Shown one piece after another: positions 17,549-27,282 of a DNA stretch of 64,000 bases. Under the pieces are notes generated by a model. The model did not search any database, was not told the origin of the DNA, and saw only the letters and a program-made list of their open reading frames with translations. Within the stretch, counting starts at the first letter, position 1. Each line of letters starts with the position of its first letter. The translations under genes were made by a program, and so were the position numbers. Location of the stretch: positions 1 to 64,000 of IMG/VR virus record IMGVR_UViG_3300047400_000090; one strand, 5' to 3'. Source of the stretch: a virus. Its lineage: Duplodnaviria > Caudoviricetes.

Positions 17549-18297
17549 TTGATTAGGTTCCCCAGTAGCGGGATCCCGTGCTTCGACAGTTCAACTAACT
17601 GACTGATGATAAACTTAACCTGCCCAACCTTCTTGCGGTAGTCTCTTGTGGCCAAATCAAGCGTCTTGGCTACCTCTGACAGAGATCCTGCGCTATCCGC
17701 CACGCTCCCCAGTGCCATCTTGACGTCATCGGAGGCAATTAGGGCATCCAGGTCAGAGATGGTCTTATTCGCCGCTCCCAGGTCTAGTGAGGCTAATTGC
17801 TCATTGGCTGTATCGGCCAGGGCACCCAATTTGGCAAACACATCGGCACTTGAAAGAGTGGCTACCGTGCCAGACTTAAGGAGTTCGTTAGCGGACGCGC
17901 TAATGGTTACCAAGTTTTTATCTATGTCATTGATAACATTGTTTAATGAGTCCAGGACTGGAGTGATTTGCTGGATAGTCTTATCGGCGTCCGAGATGAG
18001 ATTAGCCGCCTCTTTTGCAGCCTTGGCCGTCTCCTCTGAAGCTACCGAGGAGTTAGTAGAGGTCTTCTCGGCTGCCTGGGCAATCTTAGGTGCCGCCTTG
18101 GCAATTGCCCCAGTGGCCGTGTTTATCGATCCAGAGATGGCATCCCACCGAGAGGTGAAGCAGGTGGCGTTACCCTTGCAGTCGGTTAGTCCAAGGATGG
18201 TTTCTCGCAGGGGTTTGATAACCGGATAGAAATAGACAGCCGTGGCCAGTAGGGTTACGAGCAGAGCGATCTTTAAGGATTCTTTAAGTTTGTTCAT
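17545..18297 (-). CDS. membrane-anchored helical/coiled-coil protein (MCE-stalk-like or spanin-like)
   Basis: N-terminal TM then long Ala/Ser/Leu helical region. Confidence 0.55.
   Translation of the reverse strand: MNKLKESLKIALLVTLLATAVYFYPVIKPLRETILGLTDCKGNATCFTSRWDAISGSINTATGAIAKAAPKIAQAAEKTSTNSSVASEETAKAAKEAANLISDADKTIQQITPVLDSLNNVINDIDKNLVTISASANELLKSGTVATLSSADVFAKLGALADTANEQLASLDLGAANKTISDLDALIASDDVKMALGSVADSAGSLSEVAKTLDLATRDYRKKVGQVKFIISQLVELSKHGIPLLGNLIK
17945..17968. promoter_or_regulatory. dispersed palindrome copy
   Basis: AATGAGTCCAG-GA-CTGGAGTGATT, in CDS. Confidence 0.8.
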
Positions 18298-18309
18298 TCT
18301 TAACTCCGG

Positions 18310-18633
18310 TTAGGCGGTTCCTGTGGCTTGGGCTAGTGCGTGGTTTGGCCCTCGCTTTGGCTTTAGGTAGTACCTTTCTGAATCATTATCCTTGCCTGCA
18401 ACCTTATTGTCAACCCTTAGTCCGTTATGGCCAGCCTTCCAGCCGTTTCGGTTGGACATGTATCGGCGAACAGTCTCGTTAGTAGAGACGCTCTCTACTG
18501 TCCCATCGTCCCCACGGCCTTGCTCGGCGATTAGAAGAGGTACTTCCTTGGCGCAGTCAGGGCAGTCGGTAATAAGTCCTGGCTTATTTTTGGTTAAGAT
18601 GAAGTCGGCACCACAGAGTCTACAGGTTTTCAT
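18310..18633 (-). CDS. Zn-finger hypothetical protein
   Basis: CRLCG...CPDC. Confidence 0.55.
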   Translation of the reverse strand: MKTCRLCGADFILTKNKPGLITDCPDCAKEVPLLIAEQGRGDDGTVESVSTNETVRRYMSNRNGWKAGHNGLRVDNKVAGKDNDSERYYLKPKRGPNHALAQATGTA

Positions 18634-20399
18634 CGCGCCTTAAGTGCTCCAATCATGTCTGATACTTGTCCTTGTGTATAGTTTGACATAATGTGTCCAA
18701 AGTAGTCCTGCTTTTTTGGAAACATTTGTCTTGCTTTTTTGTCAAGAGCCCACAGCAAATCCATCTGTGGATTAGTCGGAGGCTTCGACTTCCAGGTAGA
18801 AGTCGCCTTGGTAAAACCGTACTCGGCCTCTGAGAGGTTCTTCTCGGTCTGCAGTACGGCTTCCTTGAGTGAAGGATAAGACCCCTCAAAAGTGATGGTT
18901 CCCTTGCTTAATCGCCTTACATCAAAGTTGCCCAGGGTGTTCTCTTGGATGGTGTAGGAGGCGTTAAGCGTACCTAGGCGCAGCCGATTGTCTTCCTGGA
19001 GCCAGTCTAGGTCGCTAATTCCCTTGACTGCGGTAGCCTTTTGTGGGGGTGAAATTAGGTCAATTTTCTCGATTAGGCCGCTAAGTTTGGCAAGTGAGTC
19101 AATTTGCTCTAGCTTAACGAGTGCCTTCTTGTTGGCCGGGATTTTAGCTAATTGATTCTCAATGTCATGAAGCGTCTCTACGATCTTCTTCCCATTTAGG
19201 TCCATCTTTGGGCTCATGCCAAAGAGCGTAGGAGCCGAGATTAGGGAGTGCTTAGAACAGACGTCTACAAAGTCAATTACGATGCACTTATCCTTCTTGT
19301 TTAAGGGAGGAGTACCTGCCGCAATTAGGGCCGCTTCTTCCTCCGGGGAGGGATTAGGACGTACTCCTCGGCCAATGGATTGGGTGTACACAGTGCCGCT
19401 CCTGGTGTCCCTAGCCATACCAATTACCTCGATAGATGGATCGTCATAACCCTCTACGAACAGCATGGCACTAGTTAGGGCCTGGATGTCTCCTCTACGG
19501 TGGGCCGCTAGGGCCTCCTTGCGTTCTGCCGCAGGGGTCTTCCCAGATAGAGCCTTGGATACAACTCCGTGTTCATTGAGAGTTAGAGCTAGGTCGTGAG
19601 CGTGCTGGACATTAGCACAGAAGAAGATAGCTTTCTTCTTGGGGGCTATCTCAATGTACTTCTCGGCAATTAGGCGATTGCGCTCAGGGATATTGATGGT
19701 CCTGGCGAGATCTTCTGGCTTAAAATCTCCACCCAGACTACCAACACTGGAGATGTCTACATGAGTATTGACTCGGTAGGCTTCAATGTCGCAAAGCCAT
19801 TTATTTTCAATGCCCCAGCGCAGATCGTAATTGAAGGCAATTTTATCGAAAAGCAGATCTAGTCCCTTATTGTCTGCCCTCCTGGGCGTAGCCGTGAAGC
19901 CGACTAATAGCTTTTCTGGGTCATTGTACTCGGGTTCATTCTTGTAGACCCTGAAGTGCTTGCATAGATTAATCGGGCCTGCCGCTATGAATCTATGGGC
20001 CTCATCGGCAATTACTACACTAACCGTCTCTGGATTGATGGTCAGGAGTCGCTTATTGAACTCTGGGGTTCCATCCTCTGCCGTCCTGGTGCTAGAGACG
20101 GTCTGGAGGGAGACTACGATGATATCATCACTGACATCATGGCGTAATCCAGCTTTCTCTACTCCGATCTTGGCGTGAGGATTAGCTGCCTGGGCCTTAT
20201 GGACGGTCTGCCAAACCAACTCCTCGCGATTAACTACTACAACCTGCCGCCCCTTGGTCTTAAGGTGGTTGGGAATCTCCGAGAAGATTACGGTCTTACC
20301 CATCCCCGTGGCAGCTACGCACAGTAGGCGTCTATTGCCCTGGGCATAGTTGTCGCGGATGGATAACAGTCCTTCTTGCTGGTATGGCCGGATCGTCAT
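18630..20399 (-). CDS. SF2 DEAD/DEAH helicase (IRC3/ResIII-like)
   Basis: ATGMGKT, DEAH, FTATP.R.D, QSIGRGVR. Confidence 0.92.
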   Translation of the reverse strand: MTIRPYQQEGLLSIRDNYAQGNRRLLCVAATGMGKTVIFSEIPNHLKTKGRQVVVVNREELVWQTVHKAQAANPHAKIGVEKAGLRHDVSDDIIVVSLQTVSSTRTAEDGTPEFNKRLLTINPETVSVVIADEAHRFIAAGPINLCKHFRVYKNEPEYNDPEKLLVGFTATPRRADNKGLDLLFDKIAFNYDLRWGIENKWLCDIEAYRVNTHVDISSVGSLGGDFKPEDLARTINIPERNRLIAEKYIEIAPKKKAIFFCANVQHAHDLALTLNEHGVVSKALSGKTPAAERKEALAAHRRGDIQALTSAMLFVEGYDDPSIEVIGMARDTRSGTVYTQSIGRGVRPNPSPEEEAALIAAGTPPLNKKDKCIVIDFVDVCSKHSLISAPTLFGMSPKMDLNGKKIVETLHDIENQLAKIPANKKALVKLEQIDSLAKLSGLIEKIDLISPPQKATAVKGISDLDWLQEDNRLRLGTLNASYTIQENTLGNFDVRRLSKGTITFEGSYPSLKEAVLQTEKNLSEAEYGFTKATSTWKSKPPTNPQMDLLWALDKKARQMFPKKQDYFGHIMSNYTQGQVSDMIGALKAR

Positions 20400-20401
20400 G
20401 G

Positions 20402-20956
20402 CTACTTGCCTAGGATGTACGGCAGGATCTCAGCCCATAGTGCTTCTCGGATATCCACCGTGAAGCTAGCATCCTCTAGGGCGTCGGCAAAAGCAGCCTT
20501 CATCCCCTTAACCGTGTCCCAGTTATCCGCCGGGTTGTAGATCGTCACTCCGGCGTGTGCCTTGCCTGATTCTAGGTCAAAGAGTTGGCAGGTAATTACT
20601 TGCCGCAGTTGCGGCTTCTTTCCATCCGTCCAGGGCATTACCTGGAGACCGAAGGTGGCGTAGAGAGTCCCGCCGTCTAGGGGGATAAGACTACCTAGTC
20701 CGTTGAGGTGCTTGTGTTGAATGTTCATTCTTGTTTCCTTTTTAGTAACTTGACAATCCCAGAGGGAGGGTTTATATGGCTTAGGGTAAAATTTAGTTAC
20801 CTGCGAAGCATTGTTGGCGAAGTACCAGATTGCGAATAGCCAGCCAGAATTTGGAGAATTTAAGTTGGTATATGTAGTTGCGTAAGTTTGTCCAATTGAT
20901 CCTCCTTCTTTTATTACGACAGAATAAGCCGGGCCATACATTAGGCTAAGATTCAT
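20402..20956 (-). CDS. hypothetical protein (true start may be MNIQHKH)
   Basis: Operon position. Confidence 0.5.
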   Translation of the reverse strand: MNLSLMYGPAYSVVIKEGGSIGQTYATTYTNLNSPNSGWLFAIWYFANNASQVTKFYPKPYKPSLWDCQVTKKETRMNIQHKHLNGLGSLIPLDGGTLYATFGLQVMPWTDGKKPQLRQVITCQLFDLESGKAHAGVTIYNPADNWDTVKGMKAAFADALEDASFTVDIREALWAEILPYILGK

Positions 20957-21690
20957 CGCCCCAAATGAAGCGTCTTTTCTCGGTACGCCTCTACTCCTGG
21001 GACATTAAACATCTCACCCATGGCCCTAGCCTTGGCCGTAAGAGCCTTCTCGTCTGGAATCCAGTACTCTCGGTACCGGGCATCCTTCATTGCTGCCTCC
21101 CATAGCCGGTCAGGATTGACTACCGTAATTGCCCATGGCTTAAAGCGAGTCCCTGCCGCAGTACTAGCCTTATCAGTGATAGCCAAGATAGCACGATCCT
21201 CAAAGGGGTCATTCTTGGCCGCTACCTCCGCTGCTTTTAGCGCCTTGATCCGAGCCTCTTCGGCTAACTGCCAGTCCAGGCACCTCTTGCGCTGCTCGGC
21301 AATGAATCGAGTAGCTGGTCCAGTAATGGCTTCTTTCTCGGCCTTAAAGGAAGCTGCTGCCGCCTTGATTAACTCTTCTGTCTTGCGGAAAAGCTCATTG
21401 ATTCCCTTGATGAAGGTATCTGCCGCCTTGATTTGTCCGATAGAGTAGTCGTGTGTGGCTTGGTCTACCACCTCAATGGCTGATCGTTCAATCTTAGATA
21501 GTTCGGCCTTGGCCGAGGTTGTGTCTGGCTGCTCAATTTGAAACATCTTCTTCTCCTGTCTTAATTTCTGCCCAAGGATTAATCTTTGGGCCATAAGTTC
21601 TAGTAGTTCCTGAGACCTTGGGGATTGACTTGTCGCCCCACTTCTTAATCCGCTTCCCTGGCTTGAGATTCCGTTGAACAACGAAGGCAC
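20953..21690 (-). CDS. helical phage protein of the recombination module
   Basis: Coiled-coil-like; C-terminal VPGVEAYREK; sits beside exonuclease and ERF. Confidence 0.55.
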   Translation of the reverse strand: MPSLFNGISSQGSGLRSGATSQSPRSQELLELMAQRLILGQKLRQEKKMFQIEQPDTTSAKAELSKIERSAIEVVDQATHDYSIGQIKAADTFIKGINELFRKTEELIKAAAASFKAEKEAITGPATRFIAEQRKRCLDWQLAEEARIKALKAAEVAAKNDPFEDRAILAITDKASTAAGTRFKPWAITVVNPDRLWEAAMKDARYREYWIPDEKALTAKARAMGEMFNVPGVEAYREKTLHLGR

Positions 21691-21925
21691 GGTGGAATTT
21701 CAGGAAGTCATCCCTTAGGTCATTGACATCTTTTCGTAACTGCCTGACGTATGCCCATAGCTTCTGCGATGGCCCTCTCAGCGTGCCACGGTAAGCCTCC
21801 CCTGAGAGCTTGAGCCTAATGGCTCTCCACTCGTAGGTGGTAATACCAAATCGCTCCATAATTTCCTTGGGAGGAACGCCCTGACAGAACCACTCCCAGA
21901 CCTCACGATCTCGCTCTGAAATCAT
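21533..21925 (-). CDS. HTH DNA-binding protein
   Basis: EVWEWFCQGVPPKEIMERFGIT HTH-like pattern. Confidence 0.55.
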   Translation of the reverse strand: MISERDREVWEWFCQGVPPKEIMERFGITTYEWRAIRLKLSGEAYRGTLRGPSQKLWAYVRQLRKDVNDLRDDFLKFHRAFVVQRNLKPGKRIKKWGDKSIPKVSGTTRTYGPKINPWAEIKTGEEDVSN

Positions 21926-22499
21926 TTAGTACCCCTCTCCAGGCTGAAATGTCGGTAAGGTTGTCGCCATAATGAATCAATTTGTAAGAGTTTAGCTTAT
22001 CTGGATTAATCCGAAGACAGGCTCTGCCGGTATTACCCCATCGCCCCTGCTCTACTGCTGCTACTAGGTAAGCTGCCGTCTGGAGCCGTGTCCAGGATGG
22101 TACACTAGACCCGGTTTTGATGTCAACCAAGTACAACTTTCCACTAGGTGTTTCATAGAGTCTGTCAAGCGTCCCGGCGTACCCTAGTTCATCCTCATAG
22201 ACTCTCCACTCAATCTTTACCGGCCTAAGGGAGGAGTCTTTTAGGAAGGCCCTGTAGTGCTCCAAGGCTGCTTCCTGAAATTCCCCCTCTGGGAAGACTG
22301 GATGACCGTTGTCTAGGTCTTCTAGGAGAGAGTGAACCTCAGTTCCGCGCTCTTTGTTGCCGTTGTCCTTGTACCACTTATCTCCTCCGCTCATTGCCCC
22401 AAGGATGGTAGTAACCGAAGGGATAGTCTCCCCTGTTATGGGGTCGATGTAGGAGTGTGTTACCTCATCGAAGGAGATAGGTGGTTGAATCTTAAGCAC
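21903..22499 (-). CDS. PD-(D/E)XK exonuclease
   Basis: PSVTTIL, RGTEVH, YAGTLD, VDIKTG, QTAAY. Confidence 0.85.
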   Translation of the reverse strand: MLKIQPPISFDEVTHSYIDPITGETIPSVTTILGAMSGGDKWYKDNGNKERGTEVHSLLEDLDNGHPVFPEGEFQEAALEHYRAFLKDSSLRPVKIEWRVYEDELGYAGTLDRLYETPSGKLYLVDIKTGSSVPSWTRLQTAAYLVAAVEQGRWGNTGRACLRINPDKLNSYKLIHYGDNLTDISAWRGVLNDFRARS

Positions 22500-23289
22500 T
22501 TGCAGCTAAAGCCTTCCCTGTTTTCTCGATGGCGGCAAGGTCCGCAAAAGCCTTAGCGAGTTCCGATTGAGTCATGCTAAGTAGCGCCGAAAGTGGCTTT
22601 TCGTAGTCGGCTCCAGCCTGTGGCAGGGCAGAGCTATCAGTCTTGCCAAAGTAGGCGCAGTAGAAACGCACAAGGTCTTCTCGACTTACTCCCTTAGCTA
22701 GTACAGAGTCCCGCATCTCCTTAACGGTCACTCCAGGACTGGAGTGATTTGGAGCGAGTTGCCCAGAGCCGTTAGTTGGCTGGGGGGGCGCTTTAGGTGC
22801 CGCCTTGGGCGCTTGCTTTGCTTGCGTAGTCTGCTGAGGAGGAGTGGAGGCTTTATTGGCATCGTCATCGAGTTCTGAGTAGAGGCTAAACATAGCTCCC
22901 AGGCCGTAGCGGCGAGCATAACTAATGGCTGATCCAATGGCCTGTGGCTTGCCGTCTTCGGAGGTAAGGGTAAAGACCGAAGAGAGCCACTGGGAGGAGG
23001 CTGCGTGGAAGACTACGGTCTCTACGGAGATGGTCTTGCCTTCTACTTTGGGAGGCTGCATCATTAGTAACCCAGCCTTAACTAGTGGTGCCTTGATGGC
23101 TTCCATACAGGCAGCAAGGTCGGCGTAATGGCTCTTAAAGTGTGGATTAAGGGAGTCCTTGGTAGCTGCCTCAATCTCAGTCCAGGCGGCAAGGAAGGCC
23201 GGGAGGATTTTGTCAATCTTCTCTGAGGTTCGGAGATTGCTAAAGGGGAGCGAGTTAGGCGGTTGGGCCGGGGTAGTTGAGTCTGTCAT
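22492..23289 (-). CDS. erf: ERF family single-strand annealing recombinase
   Basis: NPHFKSHYADL, QAIGSAISYARRYGL. Confidence 0.9.
   Translation of the reverse strand: MTDSTTPAQPPNSLPFSNLRTSEKIDKILPAFLAAWTEIEAATKDSLNPHFKSHYADLAACMEAIKAPLVKAGLLMMQPPKVEGKTISVETVVFHAASSQWLSSVFTLTSEDGKPQAIGSAISYARRYGLGAMFSLYSELDDDANKASTPPQQTTQAKQAPKAAPKAPPQPTNGSGQLAPNHSSPGVTVKEMRDSVLAKGVSREDLVRFYCAYFGKTDSSALPQAGADYEKPLSALLSMTQSELAKAFADLAAIEKTGKALAASA
22726..22749. promoter_or_regulatory. dispersed palindrome copy
   Basis: GGTCACTCCAG-GA-CTGGAGTGATT, inside erf. Confidence 0.8.
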
Positions 23290-23437
23290 AGGTTATTCCT
23301 TCTTTCTGTGCTTTCAAAATCATTATGTTTTCGTTGACGGGGCCGCTAGGTACTGGCTTGAGAAATGCACGTCCCTTATAGGTTAATGGGTAAACATACA
23401 CCATGTCAAGCATTAAATAGAATCGAATGTCTACCAA
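23255..23437 (-). CDS. array-3 short ORF (..IRFYLMLD)
   Basis: Position and composition; overlaps ERF start. Confidence 0.35.
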   Translation of the reverse strand: MVDIRFYLMLDMVYVYPLTYKGRAFLKPVPSGPVNENIMILKAQKEGITYDRLNYPGPTA

Positions 23438-23628
23438 TTGGGTACGCTCCTAAAGTTTTCCAGATGTCGAACTGCCTGTCGATTAAAGGCGCAGTACCCT
23501 CCTGCTACTATCAGATCAATGGGTCCAGTCCTGAACCTCTCGGAGAATTTGCAGATGCCGAACCGTCCGCCCCAGAAGCTGCTCATGCCGCTCATGTTCT
23601 TACCGTTAAACATCATGAAAATTCTCAT
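23431..23628 (-). CDS. array-3 short ORF (MRIFMMFNG)
   Basis: ATGA overlap; MMFNG shared. Confidence 0.55.
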   Translation of the reverse strand: MRIFMMFNGKNMSGMSSFWGGRFGICKFSERFRTGPIDLIVAGGYCAFNRQAVRHLENFRSVPNW

Positions 23629-23834
23629 GGTCGCCACCCTAGCGGTCCAATGAAGTTTCTCTCATGTTCTCTTCCGTGTTCAGCGAAGGGCGAGTCGCTA
23701 CTGGCTACCAAAACGCACCATCCCATGCGTTTCCTGTATGTACATTTATCGGATAAACTAGAAACCCAGTAGCCATTTACTAGGCTCATGTTAACACCGT
23801 TAAGCATTCTTGTGATCTTCACGTTGGCTACCAT
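23625..23834 (-). CDS. array-3 short ORF (..VKITRMLNG)
   Basis: MLNG shared with neighbours. Confidence 0.5.
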   Translation of the reverse strand: MVANVKITRMLNGVNMSLVNGYWVSSLSDKCTYRKRMGWCVLVASSDSPFAEHGREHERNFIGPLGWRP

Positions 23835-24010
23835 TTACATATCTGGAAGTTGGTCCAGTGCTTTCCTAGTCCACTTGTGCGGAGGCAGTTTTGGCCTGCC
23901 CAGGCGGCGATATTCCCATTGTCTTTCATTGCTCTCTTGGACCAGAGATTGATTGGGTAGTCGTCCTGCGCTGTTACATAGGCCCCGTTAAACATCATAA
24001 GGATTTTCAT
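23828..24010 (-). CDS. array-3 short ORF (MKILMMFNG)
   Basis: Internal ATG of track ORF; MMFNG shared. Confidence 0.55.
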   Translation of the reverse strand: MKILMMFNGAYVTAQDDYPINLWSKRAMKDNGNIAAWAGQNCLRTSGLGKHWTNFQICKW

Positions 24011-24038
24011 TTTGGTAACCAATCTATTTCTGGTCTTC

Positions 24039-24110
24039 TTAAAGTTCATCCGTGAAGCAACTCTTTATGGTAATGCCCCAGATTAGCGGTACGGATAGGT
24101 AGCACTTCAT
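24039..24110 (-). pseudogene. array-3 truncated member (MKCYLSVPLIW, 23 aa)
   Basis: Manual translation; ATGA overlap, early stop. Confidence 0.35.
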
Positions 24111-24253
24111 CTCACACGAGACCCTGGGTCATCCCCCTCTGGTGTTATAGCAAACTCATCCAGTAAAGAATCAACATAGACGTATGTACTCTTTTTTGAG
24201 CGAGTGAACCACCTTGCGCTGGTGTATCCAAAAAGATAAATCCAATGTTTCAT
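24107..24253 (-). CDS. array-3 short ORF (MKHWIYLFGY)
   Basis: Internal ATG of track ORF; MKxW start. Confidence 0.55.
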   Translation of the reverse strand: MKHWIYLFGYTSARWFTRSKKSTYVYVDSLLDEFAITPEGDDPGSRVR

Positions 24254-24257
24254 ATAA

Positions 24258-24425
24258 TTACCACTTCGCAGCTTCTTCTTTGACTCCTTGAGACAAGTAG
24301 AAACGGCGCACCCCGTGTGCAAATCCTTTTCTGATATCCCAGACCATCCTGTCGTGGCACTTTGTGAAGTTAAGCATTAACTCATGGGGATATTCACAGA
24401 ACAACAGGCTCATCCAGCACTTCAT
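24258..24425 (-). CDS. array-3 short ORF (MKCWMSLLFC)
   Basis: Manual translation, 55 aa; ATGA overlap with VWA gene. Confidence 0.55.
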   Translation of the reverse strand: MKCWMSLLFCEYPHELMLNFTKCHDRMVWDIRKGFAHGVRRFYLSQGVKEEAAKW

Positions 24426-25564
24426 TCTATCTCTAGCCTCTCTGCCCAGTCGGGGGTAGACTCCTTGGTGGTAATTGCCACAATCACCGGAACCGCAGGC
24501 TTAGAAGGCCAGTCGGTATAACCATCCGTGATGACAATAATCCCGTCTGCCTTCATCTTTAGCGCCGCCTCAATTCCCATGGTCATGCTAGTTCCGCCGC
24601 CGCCGATGTGCTTCCCCTTGGTGTACCGTGTAACTGCCACATCGCAGTCCAGGATAATCACCGAAGGGAACAGTCGCTTAATTGATGCCAGTACCCCCAG
24701 AACCTTGGCCCCCTCGTTGCCCATTGAACCACTAGTATCGGCAACTGCCACAATCTTAGGGTTGTAGGCGATGAGCGATGGTCGAATGACTTGGTTGGCC
24801 TGCTGACGACGGTGGAGCTTCCTGTATGAGTAATCCATGCGTCCACGGCAGGCTTCTTTGTGGGCACTAGAGATCCATAGCCGCATCAGTCTCGGCCATG
24901 GAGGCGTCATGTGCTTTAACTCGTCATCAGCCCACACCTCCACCCCAGCAGGTACCGATCCTTTGCCGTTCTTTTGAACGTAATCCTTAACGGCATTGGC
25001 GGTAGCCGTGCGTATGCCGTCCCCACTTACCTCATCGATGCCATCTTCTCCTGCCCCACCTTCCTTCTCGTACTCCTGGCGTGGACCACCAGCGCCGCTG
25101 CCGCAGCCTTTTCCGTTTGGCTGGGTATCTTGCGGCAGGTCGCGGTAGTACTCTTCTGCTGTAAGGTTGTCCGGTTGGCCGATTAGTGAAGGCAAAACAG
25201 CGCCATCTGGCAGCTTGCTTTTGTCGGCATCGTCGTTGATTTCACAGTCCCCGCAGATATTAAATAGATTATGATCACGAGGGCCGCAGCGTTTGTGGTG
25301 ACGACGTAGCAGGTGCTCGATTTCGTGGGCAGTAATGACGTAGGCGCGTTTCTCTAGGGACAGGGCAGAGAACCACTCAAAATCGATGTACAGTCGCCAG
25401 TAAGGGTCAACCGCAATGGTTCCTAGGCCATCCACGGCCAGTGGCTTAAGGGGAGCGATGGCTACGGCGTAGTAGGGCCGCATTACCCGCGCTCCCAGGA
25501 GGGCCTCGGTTGCCATGTCTAGTTCGGACTGGGTTGGTTCTCGGTGTTGTAATAGTTGATTCAT
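24422..25564 (-). CDS. metallopeptidase-VWA protein (DUF2201-like)
   Basis: HEIEH, DCEIND, DTSGSM MIDAS, GGGT, ITDG. Confidence 0.88.
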   Translation of the reverse strand: MNQLLQHREPTQSELDMATEALLGARVMRPYYAVAIAPLKPLAVDGLGTIAVDPYWRLYIDFEWFSALSLEKRAYVITAHEIEHLLRRHHKRCGPRDHNLFNICGDCEINDDADKSKLPDGAVLPSLIGQPDNLTAEEYYRDLPQDTQPNGKGCGSGAGGPRQEYEKEGGAGEDGIDEVSGDGIRTATANAVKDYVQKNGKGSVPAGVEVWADDELKHMTPPWPRLMRLWISSAHKEACRGRMDYSYRKLHRRQQANQVIRPSLIAYNPKIVAVADTSGSMGNEGAKVLGVLASIKRLFPSVIILDCDVAVTRYTKGKHIGGGGTSMTMGIEAALKMKADGIIVITDGYTDWPSKPAVPVIVAITTKESTPDWAERLEIE

Positions 25565-25569
25565 TTCAG

Positions 25570-25830
25570 TTATACCTTGCCACTGTCCTTGTTGCGAATT
25601 TTCCGTCTACGGCCTTGGATAGCGTAGAATACCGGAAGGCGTTCGTTTGTCATGGCATAGTAATCAATCCCGCACGGCCTCATGTGCCCTTTGTTTGACA
25701 ACTTGATCGCCGAGACAGTTAGTGTTTTATGCCCCTTGCTTGCCTCCCGGCTAGTGAAAGACAGGCTAATAAGCCATGATGCGATCACCGAGTCTCTTAC
25801 CCTCGTCTGGAACATCGCCAGTGGACTCAA
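25570..25830 (-). CDS. short hypothetical ORF, possible degenerate array member (..IASWLISL)
   Basis: Between AAA and VWA genes; true start probably a GTG further downstream. Confidence 0.35.
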   Translation of the reverse strand: MSPLAMFQTRVRDSVIASWLISLSFTSREASKGHKTLTVSAIKLSNKGHMRPCGIDYYAMTNERLPVFYAIQGRRRKIRNKDSGKV

Positions 25831-26788
25831 TCAGGACGTGCGCCGCCGTAATAACCAAGTCGGGCCGCTGCGCATCTAGGATCTTCCACGCCTTCTTAAT
25901 CCGCAAATCCCGCTCAGGGTGCTCTGCTAAGGCAGCCACAACCATCGAGGAGATAGTAACGCTAGCCTGATCGCCACGGGATGGAATTTTAGCGATCCCA
26001 GCCAGCACTTCCTCAGGGTCCGGCAGGTCGAGCGATTTCTCCCAAGTATGCCACTGTTGTGCCGCCGCATCCCCAACCACTGATCCAACCAAGGCGTAAC
26101 GATCTTGATCGGCAAAGCCATGAGCACGGGATAGCAGCCGAATAGCCGCAGTCCATGAGCGAGGGGAAGGCCATGCCCGTGATGCCGCATCGCCCTTTGG
26201 TGGCGAGAGCAGTGCCGCAGGACTATGTTGAATCCAGCCGGTAATGCTAGTAGTAGCCGCTTGTTCTGCCTTGGTCTTGGGAGCTACTCCCCAGCCTCGT
26301 AGCGTGCCAGCGATCCAATTCTTGGCTTCTACGGTAAACTCAACGTGTGCCCACCGATTAGCAGTAGAGGCAGCCAAATAACCACCATCTGCCGCTGTTT
26401 CGGCGGGATTAGCCGCAGCTACAACACGGCAGCCTGAGATATCACAGTCTCCAACCTTCCGCTCTTGCACCACACGAAGAAGCGCAGCCTGTACCGCAGG
26501 AGGGGCGCAGGATAACTCGTCCAGGAATAGCCAAGCCTGCTGACCACGCTGAAGCGCCTCTCGGATGCGTACTGCCCATGGCGGAGCCGAAGACTTGACG
26601 TTACCCTTGGCGTCCAGGGCGTTAAATCCGCCAACATCAATGGGGTCCATAGTAGAGCCAATAAGGGTCTCCATGTGGGCATTATCTTCCCGCGCTACGG
26701 CCTTAATGCTTTCGGTCTTGCCGGTGCCAGGGGCACCCCACAGAAGCAGCGGGATATCCGACAATAGGTACACTCTGAGATTCTTCAT
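25766..26788 (-). CDS. MoxR-like AAA+ ATPase
   Basis: GAPGTGKT, FLDEL, AANP, NRW, PSPRSW; paired with VWA gene. Confidence 0.88.
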   Translation of the reverse strand: MKNLRVYLLSDIPLLLWGAPGTGKTESIKAVAREDNAHMETLIGSTMDPIDVGGFNALDAKGNVKSSAPPWAVRIREALQRGQQAWLFLDELSCAPPAVQAALLRVVQERKVGDCDISGCRVVAAANPAETAADGGYLAASTANRWAHVEFTVEAKNWIAGTLRGWGVAPKTKAEQAATTSITGWIQHSPAALLSPPKGDAASRAWPSPRSWTAAIRLLSRAHGFADQDRYALVGSVVGDAAAQQWHTWEKSLDLPDPEEVLAGIAKIPSRGDQASVTISSMVVAALAEHPERDLRIKKAWKILDAQRPDLVITAAHVLIESTGDVPDEGKRLGDRIMAY

Positions 26789-26863
26789 TTGATTCCTCTT
26801 TAAAAATTTGGTTTGGGTGGCCTGACCCGTTTTAAGGCAGGTCAGGCCGGTGTTGCGAGTCTT

Positions 26864-27223
26864 CTAGGCCGCTCGCTTAATTGCATCCTTCTGCGCCTTA
26901 CGGGCAAGTACCGTCATGGGAACTTTGCACGGGCTAGCGATAAGGATGGCATCCTTGCGGAGAATGGAACCGTCTGCCATGGTGTAGCAAGCGGTAACCA
27001 ATTCCGACAGCTTGTCGGGGGTCGGGGCCATGGCCGGTGCGCCGATGGTGCTGTTGCCATTGGATACCGACTCCAGGTGGACAATATCTTTCAAAGAGAC
27101 GGACAGGCCGTCGCTAGAGAAAGCGTCTACGGTTGCACCAATCAGCCACCCCGGAGGGATGAACATGATGTATGCCTTCCCGATCTCAAGATCGGCGGTA
27201 AACTCTGATTTGTAACTGCTCAT
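26864..27223 (-). CDS. hypothetical protein, paralog of 29268..29612
   Basis: IGKAYIMFIPPGWLIG vs IGKTYVIHVMPGWIVS. Confidence 0.65.
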   Translation of the reverse strand: MSSYKSEFTADLEIGKAYIMFIPPGWLIGATVDAFSSDGLSVSLKDIVHLESVSNGNSTIGAPAMAPTPDKLSELVTACYTMADGSILRKDAILIASPCKVPMTVLARKAQKDAIKRAA

Positions 27224-27282
27224 TCTGATTTAAGTCTCCTTTTGACTTCACTTCTTCATTCTGACTACTAAACTGTACAGCA

